A DNA stretch of 64,000 bases from a bacterium (GTDB lineage Bacteria; UBA8248; JACPRG01; G963555815): assembly GCA_965218795.1 (NCBI GenBank), contig OZ244653.1:1472001-1536000 (forward strand), given 5' to 3'. Both the position numbers and the translations under genes were made by a program. Positions 1-10,555 of this stretch are shown here, in pieces; position 1 is the stretch's first letter; each line of letters opens with the position of its first letter. Under the pieces are notes generated by a model. The model was not told the origin of the DNA. It did not search any database and saw only the letters and a program-made list of their open reading frames with translations.

Positions 1-358
1 CGTGAACTTCACCCCCCACCTGATCCCGATGAGCCGGGGGATCCTCACCACTTGTTATGCGTCGCTCAACAGCGGAGTCGGATCCGAGAGACTGGGGGAG
101 TCCTTCCAGCGCGCGTATGGGGAGGAAGCATTCGTCCGGCTCATGCCCGAGGGACACGTCCCCACGACCGGGCAAGTGTGGGGCTCGAACTTTACTGATC
201 TCGGATTCGTTCCGGATGAACGGACCGGGCGGGTCGTCGTGGTCACGGCCCTGGACAACCTCACCAAAGGTGCGGCGGGCGCAGCGGTGCAGAACATGAA
301 TGTGATGGCCGGATTCCCGGAAACCACCGCCCTGTCGCCCTCCGGGATTCCCGTATGA
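1..358 (+). CDS. argC: N-acetyl-gamma-glutamyl-phosphate reductase, C-terminal part (truncated by window edge)
   Basis: FTPHLIPMSRGILTT and ALDNLTKGAAGAAVQNMN motifs; overlaps the argJ start (ATGA). Confidence 0.95.
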   Translation, partial: VNFTPHLIPMSRGILTTCYASLNSGVGSERLGESFQRAYGEEAFVRLMPEGHVPTTGQVWGSNFTDLGFVPDERTGRVVVVTALDNLTKGAAGAAVQNMNVMAGFPETTALSPSGIPV

Positions 359-1602
359 ATACGACGAAGAAACCGGCCCTCCGTCCGGTGGCCGGAGGGG
401 TTGCAGCCCCAAAAGGATTCATGGCATCGGGCGTCCGGGCCGGCATCAAGAGCGACAAGCCGGACTTGGCTCTGCTCTTCTCTCAGCAAGAGGCATCCGT
501 TGCGGGCGTGTTCACGACCAACCGGTTGGCCGCCGCGCCTGTGCTGCTGTGCCGGGAACGGGTAATGGCCGGAAAGGCGCGCGCGGTGGTCGTCAACAGC
601 GGAAACGCCAACGCCTGTACCGGGGAGGAGGGCATGCAGGATGCTCTGGCCATGGCTCAGCGGACGGCGGAAGCCCTGGGGCTGACCGACGACGCGCAGA
701 TCCTCGTCGCCTCGACCGGAATCATCGGCCACCGGCTTCCCATGGCCAAGATTCACGGCGCCATCCCGGCGGCGGTGGCCGCTTTGACCGAAGACGGAGG
801 GGATGCGGCGGCCGAGGCCATCCTGACGACGGACCTTGTCCCCAAGTCAGCGGCAGTCGAGACGGAGACGTCGGGAGGTATCGTCAGAGTCGGAGCGATG
901 GCCAAGGGTTCGGGCATGATCCGTCCCCGCCTGACGGGGCCCGGCGCGTCTCCGCCCCATGCGACCATGCTGGCCTTCATCACCACGGACGCCCAATTCT
1001 CGCCCGGGGAATTGCAGCCAATGCTGGAGGAGGCCGCCGCCGCCTCATTCAACTGCATCACCGTGGACGGAGAGACCAGCACCAACGACAGCGTCATCCT
1101 GCTGGCCAACGGCGCATCCGGCGTGAGGCCTTCTTCGCCGTCGGACAAGACGGCCGTCGAAGACGCCGTTCATGCCGTATGTCTTGAAATGGCGCACGCC
1201 ATCGTGAAGGACGGCGAGGGCGCTACGAAGTTCGTGACGGTTTGCGTGAGGGGTGGAAAGACCAAGGCGGATGCCGAACGGGCCGCCTTCGCCGTCGCGG
1301 AATCGAACCTCGTCAAGACCGCGTTGTTTGGAAGCGACCCGAATTGGGGCCGTATCATTTCCGCGGCCGGCGCCTCCGGCGCCTCCTTGAACCCGGAATC
1401 GCTCCGAATCTCTCTGAACGGCATAGACGTCTTCGACCGGGGAAAACCGGAAGGAGACGGAGTGAAGGCGCTGGCGGAAGGACTCCCGGGCCCCGAAGCT
1501 CGAATCGAGATGGATTTGGGCGCGGGGGAGGAACAGGCGATTGTCTGGACTTCGGACCTCAGCTATGAGTACGTCCGTATCAATGCCGAGTACCATACGT
1601 AG
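355..1602 (+). CDS. argJ: Bifunctional ornithine acetyltransferase/N-acetylglutamate synthase
   Basis: NSGNANACTG, AKGSGMI, ATML autocleavage site, DGETSTND, C-terminal INAEYHT. Confidence 0.97.
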   Translation: MNTTKKPALRPVAGGVAAPKGFMASGVRAGIKSDKPDLALLFSQQEASVAGVFTTNRLAAAPVLLCRERVMAGKARAVVVNSGNANACTGEEGMQDALAMAQRTAEALGLTDDAQILVASTGIIGHRLPMAKIHGAIPAAVAALTEDGGDAAAEAILTTDLVPKSAAVETETSGGIVRVGAMAKGSGMIRPRLTGPGASPPHATMLAFITTDAQFSPGELQPMLEEAAAASFNCITVDGETSTNDSVILLANGASGVRPSSPSDKTAVEDAVHAVCLEMAHAIVKDGEGATKFVTVCVRGGKTKADAERAAFAVAESNLVKTALFGSDPNWGRIISAAGASGASLNPESLRISLNGIDVFDRGKPEGDGVKALAEGLPGPEARIEMDLGAGEEQAIVWTSDLSYEYVRINAEYHT

Positions 1603-1674
1603 CCACCGGAACCGAAGCGGCCAGGACCTCTCGCAAAGCCAGGAATCCCGAAGGATTGGGGGCGAAAATTAAGG

Positions 1675-1704
1675 TTGCCCGCAAACCTTGGGGAGACCTA
1701 TAAT
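1675..1704 (+). promoter_or_regulatory. Putative sigma70 promoter of the rpsB-tsf operon
   Basis: TTGCCC (1675-1680), 18-bp spacer, TATAAT (1699-1704); GGGAGGT RBS before the GTG at 1787. Confidence 0.6.
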
Positions 1705-1786
1705 GCTGAGAATGATGTAATACTCTCGAGAAGTATATATGTAGGGGTTCTTTCATGTATCCTGAAGCAAGGGAGGTGAGAGTCTT

Positions 1787-2701
1787 GTGCCTAATGTAAC
1801 TTTGAAGAGCCTGTTGGAAGCCGGATCCCACTTTGGCCACCAAACCAAACGCTGGAACCCGAAGATGAGACCCTACATCTTCGGCTCACGAAACGGCGTC
1901 TATATCATAGACTTGCTGAAAACGGTTGAAAAGATTAAGGAAGCCAGCGAGTTCTTGGAGGGCGTGGGCTCTTCTTCCGGACAGGTTCTCTTTGTGGGCA
2001 CAAAAAAACAGGCGCAAATCCCAATCGAGGAAGAGGCTCAGCGATGCGGTATGCCTTATGTCACCAAACGGTGGCTGGGCGGGACGTTGACCAACTTTTC
2101 CACTATCAAGTCCCGGGTCAATCGCCTGAAAGAGCTTTTGCAAATCGATCAGGCCGACGGCGCGGGCGGGCAGCTCACCCAGGGAAAGAAGAAAAAGGAA
2201 ATTCTCCGGCTGGGCCGGGAGCGCGAGCGTCTCGAAAAGTACCTCAAGGGCATCCTGGAAATGAACCAGCTGCCGAAAGCCGTCTTCGTCATCGATCCCA
2301 CCAAGGAGGCCATCGCGGTCCGTGAAGCCAGGAAAATGAAGATTCCCGTCCTCGCGGTCGTCGACACCAACTGCGATCCCGAGGGCCTGGACTTCGTACT
2401 GCCGGGCAATGACGACGCCATCCGGGCCATCCGTCTGTTCTCTTCCAGCGTGGCCGATGCCATCCTCGAGGGAAAAGCCATACGGAAAGACGAACCCGCC
2501 ATCGAGGAAGCCATGGAAGCCGCGGCAAAAGCGGCCGAGTCCGGACCCTCTGCGAAAGCTGAGAAACCATCGGCCGTCGTCGGGGGAACGGAACCCCCTT
2601 CGGTCGCCTCCGAGCCTGAAGCGCCGGTCCCCGCCGCTCCTGAACCCGAGGACCCGGTCTCCGACAAGTCCGCCGATCCGGCCGAACAACTCAAGGAATA
2701 A
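1787..2701 (+). CDS. rpsB: 30S ribosomal protein S2
   Basis: [39 protein letters not shown]; Pro/Ala/Glu-rich C-terminal tail. Confidence 0.99.
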   Translation: MPNVTLKSLLEAGSHFGHQTKRWNPKMRPYIFGSRNGVYIIDLLKTVEKIKEASEFLEGVGSSSGQVLFVGTKKQAQIPIEEEAQRCGMPYVTKRWLGGTLTNFSTIKSRVNRLKELLQIDQADGAGGQLTQGKKKKEILRLGRERERLEKYLKGILEMNQLPKAVFVIDPTKEAIAVREARKMKIPVLAVVDTNCDPEGLDFVLPGNDDAIRAIRLFSSSVADAILEGKAIRKDEPAIEEAMEAAAKAAESGPSAKAEKPSAVVGGTEPPSVASEPEAPVPAAPEPEDPVSDKSADPAEQLKE

Positions 2702-2787
2702 TCAGACGACCTGCGGGTCTCACTACGTAGAATCGACCTTCCGCAGGCACGAACCCGACGACCCATGCAGCCAAAGGAAGTGTAAGA

Positions 2788-3441
2788 ATGGATATCCCTG
2801 CCACACGGGTGAAAGAGCTCCGCGAAAAGACGGGCGCGGGGATGATGGATTGCAAGACCGCCCTGGTTGAAACCGGAGGGAATCTCGAAAAGGCCGTGGA
2901 TTTTCTCCGACAGAAGGGTCTGGCCGACGCCGGCAAGAAATCCGGGCGAAGCGCGACGGAGGGCCTGGTCCACTCCTACATCCACGCCGGGGGCAAAATA
3001 GGCGTTCTGATCGAAGTCAACTGCGAGACGGACTTCGTTGCTCGAACCGACCAGTTCCAGGAGTTAGTCAAGGAGCTGGCGATGCAGGTCGCAGCGGCGA
3101 ATCCCCTGTGCGTCAACCGGGAGGACCTGCCGGCCGAGGTTCTGGAGCGCGAGCGCGAGGTCTACAGGGCTCAGGCCCTCGAAACCGGAAAGCCCGAAAA
3201 CGTTCTGAACAAGATTGTCGAAGGCAAAATCGGCAAGTACTACCGGGACGTCGTGCTGATGGAGCAGGCATTCATTAAGGATCCTGACAAAGACGTCCAG
3301 ACCCTCGTCAAGGAGAAAATCGCCGAATTGGGCGAGAATGTTTCCATCCGGCGCTTTACGCGGTACCAGGTCGGAGAAGGGCTCGAGAGGGAAGAAAAAG
3401 ATCTTGCGCAGGAAGTGCAAGAACAGATTGCCAATGCCTGA
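2788..3441 (+). CDS. tsf: Elongation factor Ts (short form)
   Basis: VKELREKTGAGMMDCK, EVNCETDFVA. Confidence 0.99.
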   Translation: MDIPATRVKELREKTGAGMMDCKTALVETGGNLEKAVDFLRQKGLADAGKKSGRSATEGLVHSYIHAGGKIGVLIEVNCETDFVARTDQFQELVKELAMQVAAANPLCVNREDLPAEVLEREREVYRAQALETGKPENVLNKIVEGKIGKYYRDVVLMEQAFIKDPDKDVQTLVKEKIAELGENVSIRRFTRYQVGEGLEREEKDLAQEVQEQIANA

Positions 3442-3495
3442 TTTCTCCGGCCGGCCGATGCACGATTCGGGTGCCCCCCCGCGCGGAGAACGAAT

Positions 3496-4245
3496 TTGAG
3501 CCGGCCGGCTGAAGCTGCGGAAACCGTCACGCCCGCCTACCGCAGAATCCTGCTCAAGCTGAGCGGCGAGGCCCTCATGGGCACACAACCTTCGGGCATC
3601 GAATCCTCGATTCTCCAGGACATCGCGCACCAACTTCAGGAAATCCAGTCCCTGGGCATCCAGGTTGGCGTCGTGATCGGCGGCGGCAATCTCTTTCGCG
3701 GGGTCGCAGGCGCCGAGGAGGGGATGGACCGCGTGACGGCCGATCAGATCGGGATGCTGGCCACCATCATGAACGGCCTGGCCCTTCAGGACGCCCTCGA
3801 ATCGCACGGTTTGGTCACACGCGTCATGTCGGCGATTTCGGTCCATCAGTTCACCGAGCCCTACATCCGCCGCCGCGCACTCCGCCACCTGGAGAAAGGA
3901 CGAGTCTTGATCTTCGTCGGGGGAACCGGTAATCCTTACTTCACGACGGATACCACAGCGGCGCTCCGCGCGGTGGAAATCGGCGCCGACGTCATCGTCA
4001 AGGCCACCAAGGTGGACGGGATTTATACGAACGACCCTGAGATTCGGGTCGATGCGGAGAAACTGGACGTTGTCAACTACCAGGAAGTGCTGCAGCGGGG
4101 ACTTCGTGTCATGGACGCGACCGCCATATCGCTCTGCATGGAAAATCATCTACCCATTGTGATTTTCGACCTCCGCGAATCCGGAAATCTGAAGCGGCTG
4201 GTCATGGGCGAACCGGTTGGATCGGTCGTGCAGGATGACAAGTGA
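3496..4245 (+). CDS. pyrH: UMP kinase
   Basis: RILLKLSGEAL, GGGNLFRG, GTGNPYFTTDT; TTG start uncertain. Confidence 0.98.
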   Translation: MSRPAEAAETVTPAYRRILLKLSGEALMGTQPSGIESSILQDIAHQLQEIQSLGIQVGVVIGGGNLFRGVAGAEEGMDRVTADQIGMLATIMNGLALQDALESHGLVTRVMSAISVHQFTEPYIRRRALRHLEKGRVLIFVGGTGNPYFTTDTTAALRAVEIGADVIVKATKVDGIYTNDPEIRVDAEKLDVVNYQEVLQRGLRVMDATAISLCMENHLPIVIFDLRESGNLKRLVMGEPVGSVVQDDK

Positions 4246-4802
4246 TGATTGACGATGTTCTCCAAGACGTCAATCAGAATATGCAGGCCGCCATCGAGTC
4301 CCTGAAGAAGGAGTACGGGACGATTCGGACCGGCAGGGCCACCACCGCTTTGCTGGACGGTGTCATCGTCGACTACCACGGAGCCCAGACGCAGCTCAAG
4401 CAGCTTGCCAGTCTCTCCGTTCCGGAAAGCCGCCTGATTGTCGTCCAGCCCTGGGACAAATCCATCGTGAGAGAGGTCGAAAAGTCCATTCAGCGCTCCA
4501 ACATGGGCCTGAACCCGGTGAGCGACGGCAAGGTGATTCGGATTCCGGTACCTCCGCTGACCGAGGAACGGCGCCGGGAATTGGTCAAAGTGGTCAAGAA
4601 GGCCGCTGAGGAGCATCGGGTGTCCATCCGGAACGCCCGGCGGGATGGCAACGATTTCCTGAAACAGTTGGAGAAGGAAAAGGAGATCAGCGAAGATGAC
4701 AACCACCGGGGTCAGGAAAAGATTCAGAAGCTGACCGACCAATTGATCAAGGACCTCGATGAGGTCGCGGCCCAGAAGGAAAAGGAAGTGATGGAGGATT
4801 GA
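4242..4802 (+). CDS. frr: Ribosome recycling factor
   Basis: IRTGRA, PPLTEERRRELVK; conserved synteny. Confidence 0.98.
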   Translation: MMIDDVLQDVNQNMQAAIESLKKEYGTIRTGRATTALLDGVIVDYHGAQTQLKQLASLSVPESRLIVVQPWDKSIVREVEKSIQRSNMGLNPVSDGKVIRIPVPPLTEERRRELVKVVKKAAEEHRVSIRNARRDGNDFLKQLEKEKEISEDDNHRGQEKIQKLTDQLIKDLDEVAAQKEKEVMED

Positions 4803-4857
4803 CCCTCCGAAGCCCTTGAGACTTCCCGCCGAAACGACGTCATAAAGGCAGCATCCC

Positions 4858-5616
4858 GTGTCCGCCGAAGATCTCTTGGCACAAATCGATTTGAACCAAC
4901 TCCCCCGCCACATCACTATCATCATGGATGGAAACGGCCGGTGGGCCCGGAAGCGCAGTCTCCCGCGAATCGCCGGGCACCGCGAAGGCGTGCGGTCCGT
5001 GGATGAAATCGTCACGGCGTGCCGCGAGATCGGCGTCGGGGCAGTCACCCTCTACGCATTTTCCGAGGAAAACTGGAGCCGTCCCTCGCTGGAGATCCGC
5101 GCCCTGTGGGAAATTCTACGGGAGTTTCTTCGAAAAGAGATCGACCGAATGATGCGCGAGAACATCCGGTTCAAGACGATTGGCGCCGTCGAGAATCTCC
5201 CCGGCAGCGCCCAGCGACTGATCGGCGAATCCGAGCGCCGAACCGCTGAGAACGACGGTATGGTCCTCACCCTGGCCCTGAGCTACGGCTCCCGCCAGGA
5301 GATCATCCGTGCCGCTCAGGCCGTTGCCGAAGCGGTAAAGCGCGATGATCTGGAGGCCGAAGACATCCCCCGGGTGTTCGACCAATATCTGTACACGGCC
5401 GACATTCCCGACCCGGATCTTTTGATCCGCACGAGCGGAGAAATCCGGATCAGCAATTTCCTTCTCTGGCAGATAGCCTACACGGAGCTGTACTTCACGG
5501 ACATCCACTGGCCGGACTTTCGCAAGCCCGAACTCTACCGAGCCATCCTCGAGTATCAGCGTCGGGAGCGCCGGTTCGGCCAGACGCAAGAGCAAACCAC
5601 CCGACAGAAAGGCTGA
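4858..5616 (+). CDS. uppS: Undecaprenyl diphosphate synthase (cis-prenyltransferase)
   Basis: IIMDGNGRWA, YAFSEENW, RTSGEIRISNFLLWQ. Confidence 0.98.
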   Translation: MSAEDLLAQIDLNQLPRHITIIMDGNGRWARKRSLPRIAGHREGVRSVDEIVTACREIGVGAVTLYAFSEENWSRPSLEIRALWEILREFLRKEIDRMMRENIRFKTIGAVENLPGSAQRLIGESERRTAENDGMVLTLALSYGSRQEIIRAAQAVAEAVKRDDLEAEDIPRVFDQYLYTADIPDPDLLIRTSGEIRISNFLLWQIAYTELYFTDIHWPDFRKPELYRAILEYQRRERRFGQTQEQTTRQKG

Positions 5617-5619
5617 GGC

Positions 5620-6426
5620 GTGGCCCGCGTTCTGAGCGCTGTGGTTGCGCTTCCCCCGCTGATCCTGCTGATCCGGCTCGGCCCTTCCCTCTACTTTTCC
5701 ATACTGATTGCGGCCGCCGCGGCGCTTGGAGCGTGGGAGTTCTTTCGCATTGCCCAGGCGCCGGGAAAACCCGCAGCCTGGATCCTGGGATCGGCGCTTG
5801 CCGCCGGGCTGGTCTTTGGGGGTCAGCTCGAGCCCCCACTTCTTCCCGTGCTGGTCGTCTGGGCGGCTCTTCTGTTATTCTTCTCCTCGGCCTTCTGGCT
5901 CCCCACAGGTGCATGGCCGGCCCCCCGAGGGTGGAGCGGAGGGGCCGTCGGGACTCTGTTCGTGGGAGCGACCTTCGGCTCTCTGGCGCTGCTCCGAAAC
6001 TTCGGAGGCGAATCGGAAGGCTGGCGGTGGGTGTTTTTCCTTCTGCTCGTTGTCTGGGGAGGCGACACGGGCGCTTACTATGGGGGCCGCGCCCTCGGGA
6101 AACGGCCGTTAAGCCCTCGACTGAGTCCCCAAAAAACCATTGAAGGCGCCGTCGCGGGTTTGACTGCCGGAGTGGCTGGAGGTCTTCTGGCCTGGACGTG
6201 GTTCTTGCCGTCTGAAACACCCGTATGGGAGACTGGCTGGATATCCCTGCTATTGGGCGTCGCCGGGCTCCTGGGGGACTTGGCCGAGTCCGCCATGAAG
6301 CGGTCCGGCGGCATCAAGGACGCGGGCGGGGTCATCCCGGGCCACGGCGGACTTCTCGATCGCCTCGACGGCGTGACGTTCGCGGGACCGGTTCTTTACG
6401 TTTATCTTGTGTGGACGACTACGTGA
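5620..6426 (+). CDS. cdsA: Phosphatidate cytidylyltransferase
   Basis: SPQKTIEG, KDAGGVIPGHGGLLDRLD; multi-TM. Confidence 0.96.
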   Translation: MARVLSAVVALPPLILLIRLGPSLYFSILIAAAAALGAWEFFRIAQAPGKPAAWILGSALAAGLVFGGQLEPPLLPVLVVWAALLLFFSSAFWLPTGAWPAPRGWSGGAVGTLFVGATFGSLALLRNFGGESEGWRWVFFLLLVVWGGDTGAYYGGRALGKRPLSPRLSPQKTIEGAVAGLTAGVAGGLLAWTWFLPSETPVWETGWISLLLGVAGLLGDLAESAMKRSGGIKDAGGVIPGHGGLLDRLDGVTFAGPVLYVYLVWTTT

Positions 6427-6442
6427 GGAGGGATCCGCGCGC

Positions 6443-7639
6443 ATGAAATCCGATGGCCCCGCCGGTCGAAACCGGATCGTCATCCTCGGGTCCACCGGCT
6501 CTATTGGAAGAAGCGCCCTGGACATCGTTCGGCACCATCGCGACGTGCTGGAAGTGGTGGGACTGGCCGGACGGCAGAACGTGAATCGGCTCGAAGAGCA
6601 GGCCCGGGAATTCCGTCCTCTCGTGGTCGCCGTCCATGATCGGAAGGCCGCCGGAGCGCTGAAAGACCGCCTCGGCGATCTGGACATCGACGTCTGGGAA
6701 GGCCCCGAGGGGCTGGAACGCATTGCTCGCCTGCCCGAGGCGGACTTGGCGCTGACAGCCGTGGAAGGGGTGGCCGGACTTTTGCCGACGATGGCCGCTG
6801 TGGAGGCGGGAAAGATCGTTGCCCTCGCCAACAAGGAGCCGCTTGTCGCGGCAGGCGAGCTGGTGGTTCGGCAAGCCGGGCAATCCGGCGCCCAGCTCCT
6901 GCCCGTTGACAGCGAGCACAACGCCATTTATCAGGCATTGAAGGGGCACCGGCCCGAAGACGTCCGCCGCCTCATCCTGACTGCTTCAGGCGGCCCGTTC
7001 CGAGATCACACCCAGGGGCAGATGAAAAACGTCACGCGTGAAGAGGCTCTCAAACATCCCAACTGGGACATGGGTCCCAAGATCACCATCGATTCCGCGA
7101 CCATGATGAACAAGGGCCTGGAAATTATCGAGGCGCACTGGCTTTTCGGCGTTCCCGCCGACTGCATTGAAGTGATGATCCATCGCGAGAGCATCGTCCA
7201 TTCGCTGGTCGAGTACGTAGACGGATCGTTCATCGGCCAACTCGGTCCGCCGGATATGAGAGTCCCGATTTCCTATGCGCTACGCTACCCCAAGCGCCTG
7301 GAGGCCCATTTCCCTTGCCTGGACCTCGTCAAGACAGGACAACTCTCCTTCTCCGCGCCCGACACCGACCGCTTCCCCTGCCTCCGCCTCTCCCGCGAAG
7401 CCCTGAACATCGGAGGAACGATGCCCGCCGTTATGAATGCGGCCAACGAGAAGGCGGTGGAATATTTCCTGGGGGATGAAATCTCCTTCCAGCGGATTCC
7501 CGAACTGATCGAAGGAATCATGGAAGCCCACAAACCCGGCCCGAACATCGAGTTGGAAGCCATCCAGCGGGCGGATGAGTGGGCCCGTGAGGAAGCCGGC
7601 AAGTGCCTGGCCAAGTGGAATGACCGAGGGCAGAACTAG
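6443..7639 (+). CDS. dxr: 1-deoxy-D-xylulose 5-phosphate reductoisomerase
   Basis: ILGSTGSIG, LANKE, LPVDSEH, HPNWDMGPKITIDSATMMNKGLE. Confidence 0.98.
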   Translation: MKSDGPAGRNRIVILGSTGSIGRSALDIVRHHRDVLEVVGLAGRQNVNRLEEQAREFRPLVVAVHDRKAAGALKDRLGDLDIDVWEGPEGLERIARLPEADLALTAVEGVAGLLPTMAAVEAGKIVALANKEPLVAAGELVVRQAGQSGAQLLPVDSEHNAIYQALKGHRPEDVRRLILTASGGPFRDHTQGQMKNVTREEALKHPNWDMGPKITIDSATMMNKGLEIIEAHWLFGVPADCIEVMIHRESIVHSLVEYVDGSFIGQLGPPDMRVPISYALRYPKRLEAHFPCLDLVKTGQLSFSAPDTDRFPCLRLSREALNIGGTMPAVMNAANEKAVEYFLGDEISFQRIPELIEGIMEAHKPGPNIELEAIQRADEWAREEAGKCLAKWNDRGQN

Positions 7640-8117
7640 TCCGGAAGGTCCGGGACGCTGGGCTGCCGTCAGCCGCGGGATCGGTTGGGCGTTGGCCGCC
7701 GGCGCGGGCACGGGACTGATTCCAAGACTGCCCGGGACGGCCGCAAGCCTGCTGGCGCTGGGCCTGTTCGTCTATCTGCCCTACCCCGGCGACACGAGCT
7801 ACCTGCTGGTGATTCTCGTCCTGTTCTTCGCCGGCATCCCACTGTGCGCCTGGGCCGAAAGACAATCCGGCAGGCGGGACGATCAACGAATCGTCTGGGA
7901 CGAGATGGTTGGCATGTGGGTGGCCCTGTATGCCCTTCCTCCCCTGGGCTACCTCCACCTCATTGCCTTCTGCCTCTTTCGGGTTTTCGATATCTGGAAG
8001 CCCTTCGGCGAACCAGGCCAGCGGGGATTCGGTATCATGTTGGACGACTTGCTGGCGGGGGTGTGCGCGAACATCTGTCTCCAGATCCTCCTCTGGCTTG
8101 CCGGGGCCTTCCTGTGA
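7620..8117 (+). CDS. pgpA: Phosphatidylglycerophosphatase A
   Basis: PGTAAS, IVWDEMVG, FRVFDIWKP, GIMLDDLLAG. Confidence 0.93.
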   Translation: MTEGRTSPEGPGRWAAVSRGIGWALAAGAGTGLIPRLPGTAASLLALGLFVYLPYPGDTSYLLVILVLFFAGIPLCAWAERQSGRRDDQRIVWDEMVGMWVALYALPPLGYLHLIAFCLFRVFDIWKPFGEPGQRGFGIMLDDLLAGVCANICLQILLWLAGAFL

Positions 8118-8133
8118 ACTGGAGACTCCTTCA

Positions 8134-8649
8134 ATGACCTATCGGGACAAACCTCCGTTGGAGGAATTCATTGGCCGCCTCCTTCTCGATCGGGGATGGA
8201 CGCTGGCGACGGCGGAATCCTGCACAGGCGGGGGGATCGGTGCCCGGATTACGGCCGTATCGGGAAGCTCGGCATACTACCTGGGCGGCGTCATCGCCTA
8301 CCACAACAACGTGAAGGAGAAGCGCCTCGGAGTATCCATCGAGACGCTGGAGACCGTCGGAGCCGTAAGCCGCGAGACTGCCGAGCAGATGGCGCGCGGG
8401 GCCAGGGATATAGGGGGCGCATCGGTCGGGCTCTCCGTCACGGGTATCGCCGGACCCACCGGCGGGACGGAGGAAAAGCCCGTGGGGACGGTGTATATCG
8501 GCGCCGCTTCCGACCGAGGGACGGAAGTCCGGCATTTCGTGTTTGCCGGAGACCGGCAATCCGTGCGGTCTCAAAGTGAGGACGCGGCTCTCGCTCTGCT
8601 GCGCGATCATCTGAGCCAGGGGTCCCCCTCCGAGACCGGCGATGGATGA
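8134..8649 (+). CDS. pncC: CinA C-terminal domain protein (NMN deamidase, PncC type)
   Basis: ATAESCTGG, GSSAYY, VTGIAGPTGG, KPVGTVY; GGAG RBS before ATG 8134. Confidence 0.92.
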   Translation: MTYRDKPPLEEFIGRLLLDRGWTLATAESCTGGGIGARITAVSGSSAYYLGGVIAYHNNVKEKRLGVSIETLETVGAVSRETAEQMARGARDIGGASVGLSVTGIAGPTGGTEEKPVGTVYIGAASDRGTEVRHFVFAGDRQSVRSQSEDAALALLRDHLSQGSPSETGDG

Positions 8650-9280
8650 AGACTTCGCAAGCCGGACGCCCGAGGAAAAGACCAAGCGGTGCTTCGTGGC
8701 CGTTCCGCTGCCGGAGGAGGTTCGCCGCCAAGCCGACGCGATTCAGCAATCTCTGCGGAGGATATCGTCCCTGAAGGGCATCCGCTGGACCCGGAGCGAG
8801 GGGCTTCACATCACACTGAAGTTTCTGGGCGGAGTCCCGGTGGAGGATATCGTCTACATCGCCCAGCAGCTCTCGATTGTGGCCCAGGGATGCTGGCCCA
8901 CGTGGATTCGATTGGACCGGCTGGGCGTCTTCCCCAGCCCCCGGAGACCCCGTATCTTCTGGTGGGGGACCGACCCCGACATCGTGCCGTCCGAATTCCA
9001 GGCCATCCATTTTCACGTCCAGGAGGCCTTACACCTTTTGGGTTACGAAAAAGAGAACCGGCCGTTCCACCCTCACGTCACGCTCGGACGCATCCAGGGA
9101 GGCGTGAACCCCGTCCACTTGGACGAGGCCATGAAAGACCCCGGCGCTCCGATGGACGCCGGGTTCCCCATCGATCGGTTTGACCTGATGGAAAGCCGCC
9201 TTCATCCGGCGGGGGCGATCCATGAGTCCCTGGCCGAAATCCATATCGAGCCCGAACGGCCGGAAGAACAGCCCCCGTGA
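8642..9280 (+). CDS. thpR: RNA 2',3'-cyclic phosphodiesterase (2H family)
   Basis: Two HxT motifs, HITLKFLG and PHVTLGR; follows cinA. Confidence 0.93.
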   Translation: MDEDFASRTPEEKTKRCFVAVPLPEEVRRQADAIQQSLRRISSLKGIRWTRSEGLHITLKFLGGVPVEDIVYIAQQLSIVAQGCWPTWIRLDRLGVFPSPRRPRIFWWGTDPDIVPSEFQAIHFHVQEALHLLGYEKENRPFHPHVTLGRIQGGVNPVHLDEAMKDPGAPMDAGFPIDRFDLMESRLHPAGAIHESLAEIHIEPERPEEQPP

Positions 9281-9430
9281 AGAAATCCTCCGGCGGGGAA
9301 ACCAGCAGCGAAGAGGCTCCATCCGACCGCGCCGTCGGTGTATTGCGAACGCATGGCCGCGGTGCTAGCATGTGACGAAACCCAGTATTTCCAATGATTT
9401 GTGAACCCTTCCTCCGGAGATATCAATCCG

Positions 9431-10072
9431 ATGGAAAAGACAGATGCCGGGCCGGTCGAGATTCGGAAAGTGCGCGTGGGAGACTTTGGAAACAACATCT
9501 ACGTCCTGGTCTGCAAGGCGACCGGAGACAGCGTAATCGTGGACGCCTCTTTCGAGGCGAATCAGATCCTCGCCGCCGCGGAGGGGACGAACGTCAAGTA
9601 CATCCTCATGACGCATTGTCACTCCGATCACGTCCAGGCGCTGGATGAATTGAGGGAGGCGACCGGCGCGCCGGTGGGAATCCCGCCCGCCGAGGCCAAA
9701 GAATTCGGGATCATGGGTGATTTTGATATCCATGAAGGCGATACGATCCAATTCGGCGAGTGCCAGGTCGAGGCCTTCCTGGCCGGGCCGGGGCATTCCC
9801 CGGCGGGCACGGCCTTCCTCATGCCGGGTCACTGCATTATCGGCGACGCCGTCTTTCCTGGAGGCCCCGGGCGCACGAACGGCCCGAAAGAATTTGAAGC
9901 CCTCGTGGAGAACATTCAAAAGCGGGTATACACCCTCCCCGATGAGACCATGCTTTATCCGGGGCACGGGGACAATACCACCGTAGGCGATTCAAAGAAG
10001 GAATACGCAGTCTTCGCCGGGAAGGAGCGAAGCGAAACGCCGCACGGGGACGTCCTCTGGCTCGAAGCCTGA
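9431..10072 (+). CDS. MBL-fold metallo-hydrolase (glyoxalase II-like)
   Basis: THCHSDH, PGHSP, GDAVF, YPGHG. Confidence 0.9.
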   Translation: MEKTDAGPVEIRKVRVGDFGNNIYVLVCKATGDSVIVDASFEANQILAAAEGTNVKYILMTHCHSDHVQALDELREATGAPVGIPPAEAKEFGIMGDFDIHEGDTIQFGECQVEAFLAGPGHSPAGTAFLMPGHCIIGDAVFPGGPGRTNGPKEFEALVENIQKRVYTLPDETMLYPGHGDNTTVGDSKKEYAVFAGKERSETPHGDVLWLEA

Positions 10073-10089
10073 CGGAGTCGATTGTATCC

Positions 10090-10518
10090 ATGTCCGAACC
10101 GACGAACGGACATCCCGTTCTCGACCCGGCCGAACCCGCCGTCCATGGAAATCAGGAGGCCCATTGGCTGTACGTGGGCGAGCCGCCCGTCTATGCGCCT
10201 CTCTCCCCTTGGACAAAATTTCAGGGCGGGGGGTTTTACGTGATGCTGTTTACGATCTTCGGGATCTGTTGGACGATTCTATGCGGCGCGGGCATCTATT
10301 ACGGGATGCGGAACGTCGCAATCGCGAACTCCATCGGATTTTGGGACGCGGTTCAGCTCCGCGCGGGAACGGGCCTCTGGCTCTGGATTCAGGTCTGGCT
10401 GTATCCGGTGATGGGCACCCAGCTTGCGTCGGTCCTCATCCGTCTCTATTACAGGAAGAAGGGCAAGCCGCTGCATCAGAGCATCCGCCCCGGACGCATA
10501 GAATCCGCCGAGCCGTAG
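10090..10518 (+). CDS. Hypothetical membrane protein (2 TM)
   Basis: GGAG RBS, hydrophobic segments, co-directional with the MBL gene. Confidence 0.7.
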   Translation: MSEPTNGHPVLDPAEPAVHGNQEAHWLYVGEPPVYAPLSPWTKFQGGGFYVMLFTIFGICWTILCGAGIYYGMRNVAIANSIGFWDAVQLRAGTGLWLWIQVWLYPVMGTQLASVLIRLYYRKKGKPLHQSIRPGRIESAEP

Positions 10519-10555
10519 ACGATGGTCTGGGTTGTGTGGATTTTGGAGAATTCAG

